In this document: piece after piece, positions 42,542 through 51,144 of the stretch
How the letters are laid out: every line of letters starts with the position of its first letter
Numbering within the stretch: the stretch's first letter is position 1
Source: Actinomycetota bacterium
GTDB taxonomy: Bacteria > Actinomycetota > Actinomycetes > Nanopelagicales > Nanopelagicaceae
Direction of reading: 5' to 3'
Length of the DNA stretch: 64,000 bases
Assembly: GCA_029977785.1 (NCBI GenBank)
Contig: JAPOKG010000001.1
Coordinates: forward strand, 97 to 64,096
Translations under genes and position numbers: made by a program
Notes under the pieces: model-generated
Told to the model about the DNA's origin: nothing
The model's input: only the letters and a program-made list of their open reading frames with translations
The model's database searches: none

Positions 42542-43261
42542 TTAGTGGGCACCTACTCCAAGGTATGCCTCACGTACTGCTGGATCATTGAGCAAGTCTG
42601 AAGCCTTTGCTTCCTTTGTCACATTTCCAGTCTCAAGAATGTAAGCACGGTGTGCGCGTTGCAGCGCCTGCTGAGCATTCTGTTCTACCAGCAAGATGGT
42701 GACGCCCTGCTTATTGATTTCAGTAATAATGCGGAAGATATTTGCAATCATCTGGGGTGCAAGTCCCATTGATGGTTCATCGAGCAGAAGAACCTTTGGG
42801 CGAGCCATGAGCGCGCGACCCATCGCCAACATCTGCTGTTCTCCACCTGAAAGTGTTCCACCTGCTTGAGAGGTACGTTCTTTCAAACGTGGGAAGAGGG
42901 TGTAGACGCGATCTAGATCTTCAGCCATTTCATTCTTACGATCCTTGCGGTTGAACTTACCCATCTCGAGGTTTTCAAGAACGGTCATTCCAGCGAAGAT
43001 ACCACGGCCTTCAGGTACTTGTGAGATTCCTAAATCAACGCGTTCGTGGGCCGGAATCTTGTTGAGATCCTGCCCATCGAAGCTTATAGAACCGCTGGAT
43101 ACTGGTCGTAGTCCAGAGATAGTTTTCAAGATTGTTGTCTTACCGGCACCGTTGGCACCGATAAGTGTGACGATTTCACCTTCGTTAACGACTACTGAAA
43201 CGCCTTTGATTGCTTCAATCTTGCCGTAGTGAACGCGAAGATCCTTAATTTCAAGACGCAT
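42542..43261 (-). CDS. livF: Branched-chain amino acid ABC transporter ATPase
   Basis: GANGAGKT, VPEGRGIF, LSGGEQQMLAMGRALM, LVEQN. Confidence 0.93.
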   Translation of the reverse strand: MRLEIKDLRVHYGKIEAIKGVSVVVNEGEIVTLIGANGAGKTTILKTISGLRPVSSGSISFDGQDLNKIPAHERVDLGISQVPEGRGIFAGMTVLENLEMGKFNRKDRKNEMAEDLDRVYTLFPRLKERTSQAGGTLSGGEQQMLAMGRALMARPKVLLLDEPSMGLAPQMIANIFRIITEINKQGVTILLVEQNAQQALQRAHRAYILETGNVTKEAKASDLLNDPAVREAYLGVGAH

Positions 43262-44027
43262 CTGCTGGCACTCCTAGGTAAGCCTCGATAACACGAGGGT
43301 CGTTTTGTACAACTGAAGGAAGATCATCTGCAATCTTCTGTCCAAAGTCGAGAACTGCAACACGGTCAGAGATTCCCATAATGAGCGACATATCATGCTC
43401 AATCAAAAGCACTGTGTACCCCTTATCACGAATCTTCTTAATGGTTTCTGCCAGTGCAACCTTCTCAGCTGGATTGAAGCCTGCCGCCGGTTCATCAAGG
43501 AGAATCAATTGCGGTTCTGTTCCGAGCGCACGTGCGATTTCAAGTCGGCGCTGATCTCCGTAAGGAAGATTCTTGGCCAACTGATCTGCTCTGTGGTCGA
43601 TTCCCATGAATTGCAAAAGCTCGAGGGCGCGTTGACGACTCTCTTTCTCTTCACGTCGGTTGAGCGGAGTTCCAAAGAGCGCACGCAAAAGACCTGTCTT
43701 TTTATGAACATCAGTTGCTGTCAGAACATTTTCAAGTGCCGTCATGTCGCCAAAGAGACGGACATTCTGGAAGGTGCGTGCAAGGCCCATCTTTGTTACT
43801 TGATGGCGCTTCTTTCCTGCAAGGTTTTCACCTTTGAAGAGGATTTCGCCAGAAGTAATTGGGTAGACGCCTGTGACAACATTGAAGACTGTCGTCTTTC
43901 CGGCACCGTTAGGGCCGATAAGTGCACAGATTTCACCTTTGTTGACATGAAAGTTAACTTCACTAAGTGCGGTGATTCCACCGAACTTAATTGTTGTGTT
44001 TTTGAGTTCAAGAAGTTTCTCTGGCAT
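43251..44027 (-). CDS. livG: Branched-chain amino acid ABC transporter ATPase
   Basis: GPNGAGKT, ARTFQN, LPYGDQRRLEIARAL, VIEAYLG. Confidence 0.93.
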   Translation of the reverse strand: MPEKLLELKNTTIKFGGITALSEVNFHVNKGEICALIGPNGAGKTTVFNVVTGVYPITSGEILFKGENLAGKKRHQVTKMGLARTFQNVRLFGDMTALENVLTATDVHKKTGLLRALFGTPLNRREEKESRQRALELLQFMGIDHRADQLAKNLPYGDQRRLEIARALGTEPQLILLDEPAAGFNPAEKVALAETIKKIRDKGYTVLLIEHDMSLIMGISDRVAVLDFGQKIADDLPSVVQNDPRVIEAYLGVPADAS

Positions 44028-45073
44028 TACATCGTCCTCTTCTCTTCTATCTTCTCGCGTTTCTTTCGCGGCAATAAACCATCAGGTCTGAGGTTCATCA
44101 TGATGATAAGCACCAAACCAAAGATGATCTGTCGCTCATCGGCGATGAAGCGGATTCTTTCTGGAAGGTAGGCAAGAATCGATGCGCCAAGAGCGACGCC
44201 CCAAATATTTCCCATTCCGCCGAATACAACACATGCCAAGATCAAGATTGAGACTTCGAACTTAAACATATCTGGTGAGATAACCATGACCTTTGATGCG
44301 TACACAACACCAGCTGCGCCACCGATTGCAGCACCAATCACAAAAGACCAAAGCTTGTAAATTAGGGTGTTGACTCCCATGAGGGCTGCAACATCTTCAT
44401 CTTGACGAATTGCTTCCCACGCACGGCCTGGGCGACGCACCGTGAAGCGGCGAATCATCCAGATTGTAAGAAGAATCATGGCAAGAACTAACCAGAAGAA
44501 ATGCTCCGGGAACATCAGATTAAATTCAAATCCGAAGATTGTTGGAGGATTTGGAATACCTGCAATTCCATTAGGTCCACCGGTAACTGACAGGTTAAGT
44601 GCAACGATTCGAATAATTTCACCAAAACCAAGAGTGATGATTGCCAAATAATCCCCGCGAACACGTAGCGCTGGTAAGCCGAGAATTACTCCCGAGATCA
44701 TTGCAAGTCCCATTCCAACAGGTAGAGCTTGCCAAGTGTTCCATCCATATAGCGTTGAGAGAATTGCTTGGCTGTATGCACCAATTGCGAAGAAGGCGAT
44801 GTAACCCAAATCTAGAAGTCCAGACTTACCAACAACGATATTCAGACCCAAGGCCATCAGTACGAACATACCCACTGGATAAACGAGTACGTTCTCAAAC
44901 GAAGTGATTGGTGTATTTAGGAAACTCGTAGGACCCCATGATGGAGCGAATGGAAGGAGACCAACGAGCAGTACGAAGGTTATGACAAAGACAGTACGAA
45001 CTGGGCGGTTCCAGCCTGCCCAAATCTCTGCACCTTTATCACGAAGATTGAAGTTTCTGAGTGCGCTCATCAT
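44027..45073 (-). CDS. livM: Branched-chain amino acid ABC transporter permease
   Basis: GLNIVVG.SGLLDLGY, LRVRGDYLAIITLGFGEIIR, GGMGNIWG. Confidence 0.92.
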   Translation of the reverse strand: MMSALRNFNLRDKGAEIWAGWNRPVRTVFVITFVLLVGLLPFAPSWGPTSFLNTPITSFENVLVYPVGMFVLMALGLNIVVGKSGLLDLGYIAFFAIGAYSQAILSTLYGWNTWQALPVGMGLAMISGVILGLPALRVRGDYLAIITLGFGEIIRIVALNLSVTGGPNGIAGIPNPPTIFGFEFNLMFPEHFFWLVLAMILLTIWMIRRFTVRRPGRAWEAIRQDEDVAALMGVNTLIYKLWSFVIGAAIGGAAGVVYASKVMVISPDMFKFEVSILILACVVFGGMGNIWGVALGASILAYLPERIRFIADERQIIFGLVLIIMMNLRPDGLLPRKKREKIEEKRTM

Positions 45074-46023
45074 GTCCTCGTCTTCTGAACAGCTTCACCA
45101 AAGAGGCCGTTCGGTTTGAATAGGAGAATAAGAACTAAAATCACGAAGACTGTTACAGCCTTCCATTGGGAACCAAGGACAGCTGAAGCAAATTGCTCCA
45201 TCATTCCCAGGGCCAGACCGCCGTAGAACGCACCTCGAATGTTTCCGATTCCCCCGAGAACCGCAGCAGTGAAGGCAGCGATTCCCATGTTGAATCCAAC
45301 GTTAAAGACGGTGTTTTCGTAGACAGTTGTGTAGAGGAATGCCGCTGCACCTGTTGTGAGGCCACCGATGAGGAACGTCAACGAAATAACGCGGTTGATA
45401 TTGATACCCATCAATTTGGCATTCTCTTCCGAGAGTGAGACAGCACGGATTGCCTTTCCAAGTCGTGATCGGTTTACGAACTGGTCAAGGATTACGAAAA
45501 TGACAATCGGAGAAATAATGGCAAGCACAGTATCAATACGGAAATTTGCTCCTGCAATCTCTCCGAAACTCCACTTATCAAGCAAACGCGGAGCTGTCTG
45601 GGGGCGTGATTCTGTGAACATACGCATGGTCTCCATGAGGAAGATGGAGACACCAATTGCGGAGATGAGTGAGGATAGCGGCGCCGCACCCCGCGCTCGG
45701 AGTCGTCGGTATGCGACTAACTCAACGAGAACAGCAAGAACGGCACAGGCAATCATCGAACCAACAAGGGCAATAACTAATGTATATACCAATTCAAAAC
45801 CAGCGAGTGGTTTTGCGGTAACTGGATGACCGAGTACTTCAATTTCAACCCAAAGCACTGCAAAAGTTCCGAGCATAAATACCTCAGAATTTGCAAAGTT
45901 AATGAGTCTGAGCACTCCGTAGACCATCGTGTAGCCCAGGGCTACCAAAGAATAGATGAGGCCGAGCGCTAGCCCTTGTAATACAAGTGACCAGAACTGG
46001 GTCGTGATAACTGAAAAATTCAT
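45070..46023 (-). CDS. livH: Branched-chain amino acid ABC transporter permease (likely start 46023)
   Basis: ALGYTMVYGVLRLINFA, GKAIRAVS, AAVLGGIGN, PNGLFG. Confidence 0.92.
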   Translation of the reverse strand: MNFSVITTQFWSLVLQGLALGLIYSLVALGYTMVYGVLRLINFANSEVFMLGTFAVLWVEIEVLGHPVTAKPLAGFELVYTLVIALVGSMIACAVLAVLVELVAYRRLRARGAAPLSSLISAIGVSIFLMETMRMFTESRPQTAPRLLDKWSFGEIAGANFRIDTVLAIISPIVIFVILDQFVNRSRLGKAIRAVSLSEENAKLMGININRVISLTFLIGGLTTGAAAFLYTTVYENTVFNVGFNMGIAAFTAAVLGGIGNIRGAFYGGLALGMMEQFASAVLGSQWKAVTVFVILVLILLFKPNGLFGEAVQKTRT

Positions 46024-46061
46024 AGCAACCGATCTATGCAAACTGAGTGAGTGTTATGAAA

Positions 46062-46097
46062 CGTGGCCACTCCCGCATTTCTGCGGAAGTGGCCACG
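46062..46097 (-). terminator. Intercistronic hairpin between the binding-protein gene and livH
   Basis: cgtggccactcccgca / tgcggaagtggccacg inverted repeat, followed by UUUC on the minus strand. Confidence 0.7.
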
Positions 46098-46137
46098 CCT
46101 TACTACATATTGAAAGTATTTCTACAAATTACGCTAA

Positions 46138-47289
46138 TTATGCAATTGCGTCGTAGACAATCTTTCCATTCTTTACAAGGTAACCACCGACGTCAGCTCC
46201 ACCGATGATGTCTCCATAACGGTTGAACTTAATCTTTGATCCACCAGCACCTGTGAAGGTTGTGTTCTTTACGCAGATCTGGATCGCTGGGCGTGTTAGC
46301 TTGCCCTGTTCGATACATGTAATGAATACCTGAGCTGCGTTGTATGCAGTTGCTGAGTAGAGACCAGGAACCTTTACGCCTGTGATCTTCTGGAATGAAG
46401 CAAGTTCTGCTGCAGTCAGAAGTGAGTCGAAAGGAACATCAGCTGCTGTGAGGCGAACGCCGTCAGCTGCCTTACCTGCGAGATCTGGGAAGTCTGATGT
46501 GTTAACACCGTCTCCAGCTGCAAGGATGCCTGTGTATCCACCATCGCGAAGAGCCTTGAAGAACTTAGCTGCTTCTGCGGTGTAACCACCGTAGATAACA
46601 ACGTTAGCGCCTGAAGCCTTCACCTTTGATGCAACTGAAGTCCAGTCTGCAGTTCCGCGTGGAACTGAATCTGTTCCTGCAACACCGATCTTCTTAGCTG
46701 GTGCAATTGCGTACTTGATGAGACCTGCGCCGTATGTGGTCTGGTCGTCAACGAGATAGATCTTTGGTGATGTAACACCCTTAGTTGCATAGCGAACTAG
46801 TGCAGGTGCCTGGAATCCATCGTGTGCTACGACGCGGTGGAAGATTGGGAATCCACGGTCTGGAGCCTTTGGATCTGTGAGTGATACAGCTGATGCTGAT
46901 GGTGCAACCATTGTTAGACCAGCAGCCTTGTATGCAGGGAATGAGTTACGTGCTTCACCTGAACATGATGTTCCGATAACGCCGATAACTGCCTTGTTAG
47001 CAGCAACACCTGGTGCGATGTTTGCAGCAACTGTTCCGTCGCACTGTGAGTCAGCCTTAATAAGGTTGATCTTTACAGCTGGGTTCTTTGCGTTGTAAAG
47101 CGCAATCGCCCATTCTGCGCCAGGGAACTGATCCTGACCAAGCTGTGCATCTGGACCAGTTAGTGGGCCCTGAAATGCGAGAGTTACAGATTTCTTAGCA
47201 GCAGCGTTTGCTGGTGATGAAACAACTACGCCAAGGGCGAGAGTTGTAGCAGCAGCAATAGCAAGACCGCTTACGATCTTCTTATTCAT
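46138..47289 (-). CDS. Branched-chain amino acid ABC transporter substrate-binding protein (LivJ/K family)
   Basis: Signal peptide; GPLTGPDA, DSQCD...SCSG, DDQTTYG, AYNAA; first gene of the liv operon. Confidence 0.9.
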   Translation of the reverse strand: MNKKIVSGLAIAAATTLALGVVVSSPANAAAKKSVTLAFQGPLTGPDAQLGQDQFPGAEWAIALYNAKNPAVKINLIKADSQCDGTVAANIAPGVAANKAVIGVIGTSCSGEARNSFPAYKAAGLTMVAPSASAVSLTDPKAPDRGFPIFHRVVAHDGFQAPALVRYATKGVTSPKIYLVDDQTTYGAGLIKYAIAPAKKIGVAGTDSVPRGTADWTSVASKVKASGANVVIYGGYTAEAAKFFKALRDGGYTGILAAGDGVNTSDFPDLAGKAADGVRLTAADVPFDSLLTAAELASFQKITGVKVPGLYSATAYNAAQVFITCIEQGKLTRPAIQICVKNTTFTGAGGSKIKFNRYGDIIGGADVGGYLVKNGKIVYDAIA

Positions 47290-47459
47290 GTATTGCCTTC
47301 CTGTTTTTCATGCTTTAAGTCCCGGGACAGGGAGGCATGAAGCGTAATGCTCAACCTACACTTGAGACAAGGCGAAGGCCTGGATTTCTTGGCGTAGGAG
47401 ATTACTTTTTGGTTACGAAATCACCGGGCTGAACAGTTCAGATAGGCGGCCGCAGAGGG

Positions 47460-48068
47460 CTATTTATCGAGGGCGGCCTCTGGGGAGATAACGGCATGGG
47501 CGACCTCTTTCATGGTCAGCCTTCTATCCATTGCAGCTCGTTGAATCCATGAAAATGCCTCTGGCTCAGAGAGATTGAGCGCCTTCATCAAGATTCCCTT
47601 AGCCCTATCGATAATCTTTCGAGTCTCAAGGCGCTCATGTAAATCGGCGACCTCTTCAGCCAAAGATCTCATCTGGGTATGTCGGCTGATGGCTATCTCA
47701 ATAGCGGGTACGAGATCGCCGATAGTAAATGGCTTGACCACATATGCCATCACACCAGCATCACGAGCACGTTCAACTAATTCTCGTTGGCTAAATGCAG
47801 TCAACATCAGAACTGGCGCTATCGAAATGATTTTTTCAGCTGCAGAAATTCCATCAAGGATTGGCATCTTTACATCCAAGATAGCTAAGTCTGGTCGATG
47901 CTCAGTGGCAAGTGCGATTGCTTCTTCCCCATTGGTCGCTTGTGCAACTACTGTGTAACCGGCCTCCTGCAACATCTCAACTAAATCCATGCGAATGAGC
48001 GCTTCATCTTCCGCGACCAGAATTCGCACAGGTGTAGAACCAATCTGTGCTGATGCGTCGATGCTCAT
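47460..48068 (-). CDS. ANTAR-domain response regulator (PdtaR-like)
   Basis: REC domain (VAEDE, LDVKMP, LTA, YVVKPF) plus ANTAR (LETRKIIDRAKGILM...EAFSWIQRAAMDRR). Confidence 0.93.
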   Translation of the reverse strand: MSIDASAQIGSTPVRILVAEDEALIRMDLVEMLQEAGYTVVAQATNGEEAIALATEHRPDLAILDVKMPILDGISAAEKIISIAPVLMLTAFSQRELVERARDAGVMAYVVKPFTIGDLVPAIEIAISRHTQMRSLAEEVADLHERLETRKIIDRAKGILMKALNLSEPEAFSWIQRAAMDRRLTMKEVAHAVISPEAALDK

Positions 48069-48069
48069 G

Positions 48070-48142
48070 TGCCTCGAGTCGGATTCGAACCGACACTATG
48101 CAGTGTTTGAGACTGCCCTCTCTACCGTTGGAGTACCGAGGC
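48070..48142 (-). tRNA. tRNA-Leu(CAA), 73 nt, short variable loop, CCA not encoded
   Basis: Cloverleaf: acceptor GCCTCGG/TCGAGGC, anticodon arm GCAGT-CTCAAAC-ACTGC, T arm GTCGG-TTCGAAT-CCGAC, discriminator A; -10-like TAGGAT 8 nt upstream. Confidence 0.93.
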
Positions 48143-48210
48143 GTGCCCCAATCCTAAGGCACCTCTCTCAAATAAGAAAAAGGAGAGTGCGAGAAAAGAG
48201 GTGGTTGGCT

Positions 48211-49650
48211 TTATCGATAAGCAGCGGCTACACCATTTACGGCATCGCCAACTTTATGTACACGCATCGCATTGGTAGATCCAGGAATTCCAGGAGGCGA
48301 ACCGGCAACGATCATCACAAGTTCGCCCTCAGCGGCACGCTTACCGTCGAGAAGCATTTTATCTGCCTGCAGAACCATCTCATCTGTGTGCTTAACCATT
48401 GGAGTAACCAAAGATTCCACTCCCCATGAAAGTGCCAAGCGATTGTAAGTGCCGTCTTCTGGAGTGATTGCCAGAATTGGAATAGGTGAACGTAAACGGC
48501 TGATGCGACGCGCAGAATCGCCTGATTGCGTGAAAGTCACGAGGAATTTTGCACCGACTATCGCACCAACTTCTGCAGCTGCCTTGGTGATTGCTCCACC
48601 CTTAGTTCGTGGTGAGTTCATAAGTGGGCGAATACGTTCAAGGCCCAATTCTTCAGTTCGTTCAATGATGCGCGCCATAGTTTTTACTGATTCGATTGCG
48701 AATTCACCAACTGAGGTTTCGCCAGAGAGCATCAAGGCATCTGCGCCATCCAGCACGGCATTTGCACAGTCTGTGGCTTCAGCACGAGTTGGACTTGAGT
48801 TTGTAATCATGGAATCAAGCATCTGCGTTGCGACGATGACTGGCTTTGCAGCATCACGCGCTAGTTCAACACAGCGCTTTTGCACCATAGGGACATCTTC
48901 AATTGGAAGTTCTACGCCAAGATCGCCACGAGCAACCATGATCCCATCAAATGCTTCAACGATTTCAACAAGATTGGCGACAGCTTGAGGCTTTTCAATC
49001 TTTGCAATAACTGGAATGCGGATACCAACCTCATCCATAATCGCATGTACATCTTTAATATCTGCCGCGTTTCGTACGAATGAGAGCGCAATGAAATCTG
49101 CACCAGCCCGAAGTCCCCAACGAAGATCATCCTCATCTTTTTCAGACATCGCAGGAACAGATACAGCAACTCCAGGGAGATTTATTCCTTTGTTATTACT
49201 GACAAATCCTGGCTGGATGCACTTCGTGACAACATCGTTGCCCTTAACTTCAACCACTTCAACAGTGACCTTGCCATCATCGATAAGAATGCGATCTCCA
49301 GCTTTGCAATCCCCAGGTAGGCCTTTATAGGTAGTTCCAACGCGCTCTTTAGTTCCAGGAACTTCATCAGTGGTAATTGTGAAAATATCGCCGCGAGCTA
49401 ATTCATGTGGACCATTTTCAAATCGCGCCAAGCGAATTTTTGGGCCTTGCAGGTCAACAAGGACTGCAACTGCCTTGCCTGCCTCTTTTGCAGCTTCACG
49501 TACGCGATTTAGGCGACCTTGGTGCTCATCATAGGAACCATGAGAAAGGTTAAGGCGCGCCATATTCATTCCAGCCGCAATAAGTTCACGAACTTTTTCG
49601 GGAGATTCAACGGCAGGTCCAAGTGTGCAAACTATTTTCGCGCGGCGCAT
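48211..49650 (-). CDS. pyk: Pyruvate kinase
   Basis: KIVCTLGP, DLQGPKIR, IAKIEK, MVARGDLGVE, ATQMLDSM. Confidence 0.98.
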   Translation of the reverse strand: MRRAKIVCTLGPAVESPEKVRELIAAGMNMARLNLSHGSYDEHQGRLNRVREAAKEAGKAVAVLVDLQGPKIRLARFENGPHELARGDIFTITTDEVPGTKERVGTTYKGLPGDCKAGDRILIDDGKVTVEVVEVKGNDVVTKCIQPGFVSNNKGINLPGVAVSVPAMSEKDEDDLRWGLRAGADFIALSFVRNAADIKDVHAIMDEVGIRIPVIAKIEKPQAVANLVEIVEAFDGIMVARGDLGVELPIEDVPMVQKRCVELARDAAKPVIVATQMLDSMITNSSPTRAEATDCANAVLDGADALMLSGETSVGEFAIESVKTMARIIERTEELGLERIRPLMNSPRTKGGAITKAAAEVGAIVGAKFLVTFTQSGDSARRISRLRSPIPILAITPEDGTYNRLALSWGVESLVTPMVKHTDEMVLQADKMLLDGKRAAEGELVMIVAGSPPGIPGSTNAMRVHKVGDAVNGVAAAYR

Positions 49651-49689
49651 ATGCCTACCTTATCTATAGAGAGTATGTACTAACGAGTT

Positions 49690-51144
49690 CTAGACCATCA
49701 GTGGTCGAGTAGTAGGTTCGATTGGTGCATGGAGTTGAGTTTCTCCGGTCAGGTAGCGATCCACAGCAGCCGCTGCTGAGCGCCCCTCAGCGATAGCCCA
49801 GACAATCAGTGACTGCCCGCGCCCTGCATCCCCTGCAACAAAGATTCCCTCTTCACTGGTTTGGAAATTTTCATCACGTGCAATATTTCCGCGATCATCG
49901 AGTTTTACTTCAAGCTGATCAAGGAGCGCCGACTTCTCAGGACCGGTAAAGCCCATCGCAAGAAATACAAAGTCAGCAGGGATTTCTTTCTCAGTACCAG
50001 GAACAGGTTCAAACTTTCCGTTCTCAAACTTTGTTTCAACTATCTTGAGAGCCTTGAGATTTCCTTTACCGTCTCCCACGAATTCTTGAGTGCTGACAGA
50101 GAAGACACGATTATCAAGCTCTTCGTGCGCACTAGAAACGCGGTAAATCATTGGATACGTTGGCCATGGTTGCGAAGATGGTCGTTCTTCAGTTGGGCGA
50201 GGCATAATTTCAAGTTGCGTCACGCTGGCTGCACCTTGGCGAACAGATGTACCTAAACAATCCGCACCAGTATCTCCACCACCCAAGATGATGACGTGCT
50301 TTCCAGCAACGTTTATTGGCGGTTGTTCAATCTCACCGAGCGCTTGCTTATTTCCCCACGGTAAGAACTCCATCGCTTGATAGATTCCTTTGTTCTCACG
50401 ACCAGGAATTGGAAGATCGCGCCACTGAGTAGCGCCAACAGCCAATACGACTGCATCGTACTTAGCGCGTAAATCTGAACCGGTGAGTTCAACGCCGACA
50501 TTTACACCAGGACGGAATCGAGTTCCCTCCTGCTCCATTTGAGTGAGGCGACGATCGAGGATGTGCTTCTCCATCTTGAATTCAGGGATTCCATATCGAA
50601 GCAGCCCACCAATTTTCTCAGCGCGGTCATACACAGCAACAGTATGTCCGGCTCGTGTCAGTTGTTGAGCAGCAGCAAGACCTGCAGGACCCGAACCAAT
50701 GACAGCGACAGTCTTTCCAGATAAGCGTTCTGGCGCTAGCGGCTTTACATTATTGGCATCAAAAGCCTCTTCAATAGTGCGAAGTTCAACTTGCTTGATG
50801 GTTACCGCATCGCGATTGATTCCAACAACACATGCAGTTTCGCACGGCGCTGGGCAGAGGCGACCAGTGAACTCAGGGAAGTTATTGGTTGCATGAAGGC
50901 GGTCGATAGCTTCAACTTTATCTCCACGGTAGATGAGGTCATTCCACTCAGGAATGAGATTGCCCAGTGGGCACCCTGAGTGGCAGAACGGAATACCGCA
51001 ATCCATACAGCGACCAGCCTGTTTCTGCAGGTGCTCAAAAGACTGTGGTTCGTAGACCTCTTTCCAATCTTTGATACGGACATCAACAGGTCTGCGCTTT
51101 GGGGTTTCGCGCGGTGTGGTCATAAATCCTTTTGGATCAGCCAT
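49690..51144 (-). CDS. gltD: Glutamate synthase small subunit
   Basis: [44 protein letters not shown]. Confidence 0.97.
   Translation of the reverse strand: MADPKGFMTTPRETPKRRPVDVRIKDWKEVYEPQSFEHLQKQAGRCMDCGIPFCHSGCPLGNLIPEWNDLIYRGDKVEAIDRLHATNNFPEFTGRLCPAPCETACVVGINRDAVTIKQVELRTIEEAFDANNVKPLAPERLSGKTVAVIGSGPAGLAAAQQLTRAGHTVAVYDRAEKIGGLLRYGIPEFKMEKHILDRRLTQMEQEGTRFRPGVNVGVELTGSDLRAKYDAVVLAVGATQWRDLPIPGRENKGIYQAMEFLPWGNKQALGEIEQPPINVAGKHVIILGGGDTGADCLGTSVRQGAASVTQLEIMPRPTEERPSSQPWPTYPMIYRVSSAHEELDNRVFSVSTQEFVGDGKGNLKALKIVETKFENGKFEPVPGTEKEIPADFVFLAMGFTGPEKSALLDQLEVKLDDRGNIARDENFQTSEEGIFVAGDAGRGQSLIVWAIAEGRSAAAAVDRYLTGETQLHAPIEPTTRPLMV

Noticed and set aside
43395-44171. 258-aa plus-strand ORF antisense to livG/livM
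   Set aside because: No domain features or RBS; composition is typical of an antisense frame; overlaps confident genes.
48070-48210. tRNA-Leu as an integration site for an island or prophage
   Set aside because: No integrase, no duplicated tRNA 3' end and no foreign-looking genes nearby; the flanks are core genes.
47989-48429. 146-aa plus-strand ORF spanning the regulator-pyk gap
   Set aside because: The gap is explained by the minus-strand tRNA-Leu; the ORF is antisense to two genes and the tRNA.
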